NCBI GenBank assembly: GCA_947179245.1
Contig: CAMXBD010000001.1
Coordinates: forward strand, 11,562 to 75,561
DNA: 64,000 nt
Direction: 5' to 3'
DNA from: an uncultured Lachnospiraceae bacterium
GTDB taxonomy: Bacteria > Bacillota > Clostridia > Lachnospirales > Lachnospiraceae
Below the pieces are notes generated by a model that was not told the origin of the DNA, did no database searches, and saw only the letters and a program-made list of their open reading frames with translations. The first letter of the stretch is position 1. Every line of letters begins with the position of its first letter. Positions 58,084 through 64,000 of the stretch are shown piece by piece. The position numbers and the translations under genes are program-made.

Positions 58084-59426
58084 AAAGAAGAAAAATACCA
58101 ATTAAATCATGGTGTATTCTGGCGGGACTGCTGATATTCTTCTTAGGTATGCTTGCAGTCTGCGGTGTAGGTGTATACAATGACTCCGAGCAGTATATTA
58201 CAATGCATATACACCGGGAACCGCTTTACCCTCTGTTTCTGGCGTTTTTCCGCAAGATATGCGGTGACGGCTATCTGACAGTGGCGGCGGCGGTACAGGG
58301 CATGCTGGCGGCGGCAGGTATTTGGATTCTTACTGAATATCTTACCGTACACTTTAAGCTGAGGATATGGGAAGAACTGATCATTGTTTTTCTGCACCTT
58401 GTTCCGCATCTGATAACGAAGTATGTATCCGCCCTGAATATTTTTTTGGAAAATTCAGTGATGAGTGAAGCGCTTTGCATTCCGCTCTTTTATATTTTCC
58501 TGTATTTTCTGCTTCGTATGCTGTTTGAGCATCGCAGGAGAGATGTGGTATTATGTCTGCTGTTTGCATTCCTGCTGTCAATGACAAGAGGACAGATGAT
58601 GAGCACAATCCTGATGTGGATGGTACTGCTCCTATTGAAGATGATATTGGAGAAAAAATACCGTGCGCTCATCTTTCCGGTCATTGCTGTTGCCGCGGTG
58701 TTTGGTTTGCGCAGCTTGACAGTTCATGTATATAATTACGCTGTCACCGGATATTTTATGGGAAATACTTATGGACAGATAAACACGCTGACTAATGTGA
58801 TCTACGCCTGTGATGAGGAAGACGGAGAGGTATTTGATGAGGGGAGTCTTGAGAGAAAGTTCTTTGAACAGTTTTATGCCAAGGCGGATGCTATGGGCTT
58901 AAACTATAAATACGGCGGTGATACTTTGACGCAGAGGGCAGAGCATTTGGAAGAGTATCACGACCAGTTGAAGTTTGAAGTGCTGGAAGCAGATTTGTCG
59001 GCGTACTATTTCAGTCTGGGTGAGATAGACTACTATGAGCAGAGCAGCATGTCGGATGTGATGGCGGGCGGTATGCTGAAAAAACTATTGCCTGTGTGCT
59101 TTGGTCAATGGCTGTATGACTATATTTTGCTGTGTACCAACGGGTTTATCAGAAGTATAGCTGTAGTGCATCCGCTGATCAACTGGATTGCGGTTCTGTT
59201 CTACGCAGCAGCCGTTTTACTTGTTGTATGGCATATATGGCGCGGGAAACGATACAGTGCGGCATGGATGATGGGAACGGCGCTTCTGTTTATTGCGGCG
59301 AATGTGTGTGCAACATCTATAACAATCATGTGTCTTTCAAGGTATATGATCTATGGTTTTTCTCTTTTCTATACGGCGTTATTTTTGTCGGTAAGAGAAT
59401 TAAAGATAAAGCAGAATGAGGTGTGA
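58071..59426 (+). CDS. Polytopic membrane protein, putative GT-C glycosyltransferase
   Basis: YNDSEQY..MHIHREPLYPLFL after TM1, MSEAL, TRGQ, SRY; multiple TMs. Start uncertain. Confidence 0.6.
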   Translation: MEIVKRRKIPIKSWCILAGLLIFFLGMLAVCGVGVYNDSEQYITMHIHREPLYPLFLAFFRKICGDGYLTVAAAVQGMLAAAGIWILTEYLTVHFKLRIWEELIIVFLHLVPHLITKYVSALNIFLENSVMSEALCIPLFYIFLYFLLRMLFEHRRRDVVLCLLFAFLLSMTRGQMMSTILMWMVLLLLKMILEKKYRALIFPVIAVAAVFGLRSLTVHVYNYAVTGYFMGNTYGQINTLTNVIYACDEEDGEVFDEGSLERKFFEQFYAKADAMGLNYKYGGDTLTQRAEHLEEYHDQLKFEVLEADLSAYYFSLGEIDYYEQSSMSDVMAGGMLKKLLPVCFGQWLYDYILLCTNGFIRSIAVVHPLINWIAVLFYAAAVLLVVWHIWRGKRYSAAWMMGTALLFIAANVCATSITIMCLSRYMIYGFSLFYTALFLSVRELKIKQNEV

Positions 59427-59430
59427 AAAA

Positions 59431-60408
59431 ATGGGATATCGTGATATTAAGTTTGATGCAGACAGTGTGTTTCTGGTAGGCGGCGGCGCCGGATTTATCG
59501 GCTCCAATATCTGTGATGCGCTGATCGATATGGGCTATACCGTGCGTTGTCTGGACAACCTGTCTACCGGTAAATATGAGAACATTGAACATTTAATCGG
59601 AAATGAGAAATTTACTTTTATCAAAGGGGATATCAGAGATCTGGATACCTGTAAGAAGGCGGCTGAGGGTGTAACTTATGTACTCAATCAGGCGGCGTGG
59701 GGCAGTGTGCCCCGCAGTATCGAGATGCCTCTTTTATATGAGGAAATCAACATACGCGGGACGCTTAATATGATGGAGGCGGCAAGAGAGTGCGGTGTTA
59801 AGAAATTCGTGTTTGCGTCCAGTTCTTCGGTCTATGGTGATTCCACGACGCTTCCGAAGAAGGAAGGACAGGAGGGTAAAGTGATCTCGCCATACGCGCT
59901 GACCAAGAGGGTAGATGAGGAGTACGGCCGTCTGTATAAGCAGTTATACGGGCTGGACACCTATGGACTGCGTTACTTCAACGTATTCGGACGCAGGCAG
60001 GATCCCGAAGGAATGTATGCTGCAGTTATTCCGAAATTTATCAAGCAGCTTCTGCATGGGGAAGTTCCGACAATCAACGGAGACGGAAGACAGTCCAGAG
60101 ACTTTACTTATATCGACAATGTGATTGAAGCGAATCTGCGTGCCTGCCACGCGTCCAGTGAAGCGGCGGGACAGACATTTAATATCGGAGCAGGCGGAAG
60201 GCTGTTCTTAATTGATATCTATAACCATTTGTGTAAGGCGCTGGGAAAAGATGTGGAACCGAATTACGGACCGCCCCGCAAGGGTGACGTGAGGGATTCC
60301 AATGCGGATATCAGCAAAGCGCGTGAGCTCTTGGGCTACGACCCGGAGTATGATTTTGAGAAAGGCATTGCTCTGGCGATTGACTGGTATAAGGAGTATC
60401 TGAAATAG
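59431..60408 (+). CDS. UDP-GlcNAc(A) 4-epimerase (WbpP/TviC-like SDR)
   Basis: GGAGFIGSN, QAAWGSVPRS, ASSSSVYGD, SPYALTK, LRYFNVFGRRQDP.G.YAAVIP. Confidence 0.9.
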   Translation: MGYRDIKFDADSVFLVGGGAGFIGSNICDALIDMGYTVRCLDNLSTGKYENIEHLIGNEKFTFIKGDIRDLDTCKKAAEGVTYVLNQAAWGSVPRSIEMPLLYEEINIRGTLNMMEAARECGVKKFVFASSSSVYGDSTTLPKKEGQEGKVISPYALTKRVDEEYGRLYKQLYGLDTYGLRYFNVFGRRQDPEGMYAAVIPKFIKQLLHGEVPTINGDGRQSRDFTYIDNVIEANLRACHASSEAAGQTFNIGAGGRLFLIDIYNHLCKALGKDVEPNYGPPRKGDVRDSNADISKARELLGYDPEYDFEKGIALAIDWYKEYLK

Positions 60409-60451
60409 GGAATGCGCGGGAAATACCTTTAAGATCTATAGAGGAGACGGG

Positions 60452-61375
60452 TTGATGAAGTACAGGGTAGTTGTGTTCGGGGTAAAGGACACCTCGGAAA
60501 ATATAGTTGAATTTATTCAGAAGCAGATATGTCCGGTGGATCTGGTGATTACGATCAGTCATGAGGTGACTAAGAAGAATCAGGTGTCAGGTTATAAGGG
60601 ATTGTCGGTGCTGACAGAGAAATACGGTATTCCCGTCCACGAGGCGGACAGCTATTTTCTGACGGATGATAAGACGCAGAAGTTTATGAGTGAGAACGAG
60701 TTTGATATCGGGATTTCCATGGGATGGCAGAGGCTGATACCTAAATCTGTGCTGGACTGTTTTAAGTACGGTATTTATGGATTCCATGGGAACTGTGGAT
60801 ATCTGCCTTTCGGGAGAGGACGCTCACCGCTCAACTGGTCGATCATTCTGGGGGATACAAGGTTTAATCTGAATATGTTCCGGTATGATGAGAAAGCGGA
60901 CAGTCCAAATGTATTTGCAACGGAGATGTTTTCGATCACACCGCATGACGATATACGGACAGCACAGTATAAGAACATGATCTGCTCCAAAAACCTGATC
61001 CGTAAGCTGCTTAAGGCATACGAGGAAGATAACATTGTGATTCGCACGGAGTCCAAAGACTATGATTCGTGGTACGGCAAGCGGACAGCGGCGGACGGCA
61101 AGATTGACTTTCATGCAAGGACGCGGGAAATCTATAATCTGATTCGTGGTGTTGCGGCTCCTTTTCCGGGAGCCTATGCGATGATCGGAGAGGATCAGGT
61201 GACTGTGTGGGAGGCTCATCCTTTTGATGAAATGATTGACTTCTCGGCTTATGCGCCGGGGGAGGTCATTGATATTTTTGATGATAAACCGGTAGTGCGC
61301 ACGGTGGACGGTTCCCTGTTGATCGACAGGTATGAGTGTGCAAAACAGATTAGTGTAGGAGACGTACTGGCGTAG
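60452..61375 (+). CDS. Formyltransferase-family protein (sugar N-formyl/acyltransferase candidate)
   Basis: GWQRLIP, GFHG...LPFGRGRSPLNWSI, DGKIDF...EIYNLIRG...PFPGA C-terminal domain as in ArnA/Fmt. Confidence 0.82.
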   Translation: MMKYRVVVFGVKDTSENIVEFIQKQICPVDLVITISHEVTKKNQVSGYKGLSVLTEKYGIPVHEADSYFLTDDKTQKFMSENEFDIGISMGWQRLIPKSVLDCFKYGIYGFHGNCGYLPFGRGRSPLNWSIILGDTRFNLNMFRYDEKADSPNVFATEMFSITPHDDIRTAQYKNMICSKNLIRKLLKAYEEDNIVIRTESKDYDSWYGKRTAADGKIDFHARTREIYNLIRGVAAPFPGAYAMIGEDQVTVWEAHPFDEMIDFSAYAPGEVIDIFDDKPVVRTVDGSLLIDRYECAKQISVGDVLA

Positions 61376-61442
61376 AGTTAAGGTGTGCAGCTTCATGATT
61401 TGTGCCGCCTCGCCGTGTAAACGCTCTGGAACGGAGAATAAC

Positions 61443-62603
61443 ATGTCAGAGACAATTCGGATACTGCATGTGCTGGGCGGTGTCGGTCTGGGCGGCGCGG
61501 AGAGCCGCATAATGGACTTGTACCGCCAGATGAATAGAGACGAGATTCAGTTTGACTTTCTAGTTCATAGTGAAGCTATGAACTTGTACACTGCTAGTGA
61601 CACAAGTGTCAGAAAACCGGAATTTTACGATGAGGAAATTCAGCGGCTGGGGGGACATATCTATGTACTTCCTAAGTTTAAGGTATACAACTATCTGACT
61701 TACAAGAGAGCGGTGCAGAAGTTTTTCGAGGAGCATCACGAATTTCAGGTGGTTCAGGGACATATGACCAGTACTGCGGGTATTTATCTGCCAATTGCTA
61801 AAAAGTGCGGTATTCCCGTTACAGTGGCGCATTCCAGAAATGCCGGTGTGGTGAAGGGGCTCAAGGGTATCGCTACAAAATTTTTCAGAAGGAATCTGGT
61901 GAACAAGGCAGATTATTGTTTTGCATGTTCAGAACTTGCCGGAGCGGATGTGTTTGGCGAGGAAGCCATGCGTCAGGGCAGGGTAAAGATCATTCACAAT
62001 GCGATAGACGCGGGCAGATTTACATATGATGCAGATAAACGAAAGAAAGTCAGAGAGCAGCTTGGCATGACAGATCAACTGGTACTCGGACACGTGGGGC
62101 GTTTCAATTATCAGAAAAACCACCCTTATCTGATTGACATATTTGCAGCTCTGTGCAAGATCAGACAAGATGCAATGTTGATTCTTCTAGGCGAAGGACA
62201 GGACATGGAGGGTATCAAAGAGAAATGCCGTCAGCTTGGTATTGAGGATAAGGTCAGATTTCTGGGCAATCAGAAACGGCCGGAGGATTATTATCAAGCG
62301 ATGGATATCTTTCTGCTGCCTTCTTTTTTTGAAGGACTTCCGGGAGTGCTGGTGGAGGCACAGGCAGCAGGACTCAAATGCTTTGTGTCGGATACGATCA
62401 CGAGAGAGGCGCAGGCTACGGATCTGGTCACTTATTTAAGTATAGAACAGCCTGCTGGAGAGTGGGCAAAGAGGATTCATGCAGAGGCGGCCTACCAGAG
62501 ACGTGATACCTATCAGACGATGCGAGATTCAGGATTTGATGTAGAAACACAGGCGTCAGGGTATCAGTTGTTCTATCAGAAAGGGGACAGCTCGAAGTTA
62601 TGA
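61443..62603 (+). CDS. GT4 glycosyltransferase (EpsF-like)
   Basis: RILHV, GGAES, HVGRFNYQKNH, PSFFEGLPGVLVEAQ. Confidence 0.9.
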   Translation: MSETIRILHVLGGVGLGGAESRIMDLYRQMNRDEIQFDFLVHSEAMNLYTASDTSVRKPEFYDEEIQRLGGHIYVLPKFKVYNYLTYKRAVQKFFEEHHEFQVVQGHMTSTAGIYLPIAKKCGIPVTVAHSRNAGVVKGLKGIATKFFRRNLVNKADYCFACSELAGADVFGEEAMRQGRVKIIHNAIDAGRFTYDADKRKKVREQLGMTDQLVLGHVGRFNYQKNHPYLIDIFAALCKIRQDAMLILLGEGQDMEGIKEKCRQLGIEDKVRFLGNQKRPEDYYQAMDIFLLPSFFEGLPGVLVEAQAAGLKCFVSDTITREAQATDLVTYLSIEQPAGEWAKRIHAEAAYQRRDTYQTMRDSGFDVETQASGYQLFYQKGDSSKL

Positions 62604-63709
62604 AAAAATTATTATTGATCGTGCCTTCTTTACATCAGGGCGGATTGGAAAAAGTATGCGCGGCGACGGCGAGACTTATGCAGCCGTATTTTGATGTGCA
62701 GATAGCCATTTTTGATTCACGCAGTATAGCTTATGATATCAAGGGAATTCCGACAGCTGATCTGCATCTGCCAAGCCGTCCCGACAAAATCGGCAAAGTT
62801 ATCAATGTGATTAAGCGCGGTTTTAAACTGCGCAGCCTTATGAAAAGAGAACATATTGATATCGCATATAGTTTCGGACCGACGGCAAATCTGGCAAATA
62901 TTGCCTCTGGTGGCAAGGCGGAGAAGTGGTTTGGTATAAGAAGCTATATGGATATGGGTAATCCGAAACAGATACGCCTCTTTTGCAGATGTGCAGACAG
63001 AGTGATCTGCTGTTCCGAGACAATCTGTCGTGAGGTACAGGAAAAGTATCGGTGCGATAAGGCGGTGACCTTGCAGAATCCTTTTGACATGCAGGAAGTA
63101 AAAGCGTTGTCCGAACGGGAGGAAGCGGAGCTGCCTTGGAGTGATGGACGCATTCTGATTTCCATGGGGAGAGAGGATGTAGTGAAAGGATTTTGGCATC
63201 TTATCAAAAGTTTTTCGCTTGTTCATGCAAAGCTTCCGGACACCAAGCTTATGATTATCGGCAAGGGAGAATTCCTACCATACAGAGAGCTGGCGGGGAA
63301 ACTGGGACTTGATGACGTGGTTTATTTTACCGGGCTTAAGAAAAATCCTTATCCTTATTTGAGAAAAGGCAGTTTATATGTTCTGACCTCCTACTACGAA
63401 GGGTTCCCTAATGCGATGGTGGAGGCGATGTCCATGGGGCTTCCGGTGATTGCGACGGATTGCATGACAGGACCGCGGGAAATTCTGGAGGATAAGTATG
63501 GCATATTGATTCCGAACATGAGTCCGGAGGAAAATTTTGATCCGCAGAACATTACGGAAGAAGAGAAAAACCTCGCACGGGAGATTATCAATCTTCTTGA
63601 GGATCAAGATAAGACGGAGCATTACCGCACGATGGCGGTAAAACGCGCAGGAGATTACACGGCAGAATCCTATATTGAGAGAATACGAAATTGGGCGGAG
63701 GAACGCTGA
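62600..63709 (+). CDS. GT4 glycosyltransferase (PglJ/WabH-like)
   Basis: GGLEK, MGR...KG, NPYPYL, EGFPNAMVEAM, DCMTGPREIL. Confidence 0.88.
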   Translation: MKKLLLIVPSLHQGGLEKVCAATARLMQPYFDVQIAIFDSRSIAYDIKGIPTADLHLPSRPDKIGKVINVIKRGFKLRSLMKREHIDIAYSFGPTANLANIASGGKAEKWFGIRSYMDMGNPKQIRLFCRCADRVICCSETICREVQEKYRCDKAVTLQNPFDMQEVKALSEREEAELPWSDGRILISMGREDVVKGFWHLIKSFSLVHAKLPDTKLMIIGKGEFLPYRELAGKLGLDDVVYFTGLKKNPYPYLRKGSLYVLTSYYEGFPNAMVEAMSMGLPVIATDCMTGPREILEDKYGILIPNMSPEENFDPQNITEEEKNLAREIINLLEDQDKTEHYRTMAVKRAGDYTAESYIERIRNWAEER

Positions 63710-63776
63710 TAAGCACATAAGATAAACGGCAGATGCCGGACAGATCAAAAGCGTAATAGGAGAAATACGAAAACTG

Positions 63777-64000
63777 ATGGAAACAAACACAGAGAATAAA
63801 ATGCATATGCCGCAGAAACGACAGTTTCTCATATTGATTCCGTTTGCATTATTCTATTCTGTTGCAGCTATGCTGACTGAAATGGAGAAGGCGGCGTCTA
63901 TGGGAATGATGCGGAGCCTTGGAAAATTTATCCTGTGGCTGGCTTCAAGCTACATAGTTCTTTTCATGACCTGTATGATTATCTCACAAAAGAGCGTTAT
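63777..64000 (+). CDS. Membrane protein, N-terminal part (runs off window end)
   Basis: Open frame from ATG 63777 to the window end (METNTENKMHMPQKRQFLILIPFALFYSVAAML...KFILWLASSYIVLFMTCMII); two hydrophobic segments. Confidence 0.6.
   Translation, partial: METNTENKMHMPQKRQFLILIPFALFYSVAAMLTEMEKAASMGMMRSLGKFILWLASSYIVLFMTCMIISQKSV

Noticed and set aside
53630-61510. Long antisense ORFs (53630-54355, 60824-61510) and similar ones elsewhere
   Set aside because: Shadow frames of well-supported + strand genes.

Overview
64-kb window from a low-GC Gram-positive (Bacillota) genome; gene content and a stand-alone Spo0A C-terminal domain suggest Lachnospiraceae/Clostridia (inference). Almost the whole window is one large surface-glycan locus, mostly on the + strand. 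It encodes nucleotide-sugar enzymes (rfbD; gmd/fcl; pseudaminic-acid pseB/C/G/F/I; rffA/wecE; PglF/PglE-like; WbpO/WbpP-like), two initiating phosphoglycosyltransferases, about 11 GT2/GT4 enzymes, a PglK-like ABC exporter, GtrA/GtrB-type proteins and an O-antigen-ligase-like protein. It also encodes at least seven polytopic GT-C-like membrane proteins and an unusual set of N-acylation enzymes (GNAT, formyltransferase, two ATP-grasp paralogues, a non-canonical LysA-fold decarboxylase). The locus is interrupted by an AraC-ABC-lacLM beta-galactoside island and a decayed DUF3990 gene pair. The most striking pattern is that four GT-C-like genes each sit between two genes of a different sugar pathway, suggesting a modular extracytoplasmic glycan-decoration system. 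No rRNA, tRNA, CRISPR array, transposase or integrase was seen. All calls come from motif recognition by eye; no searches were run.
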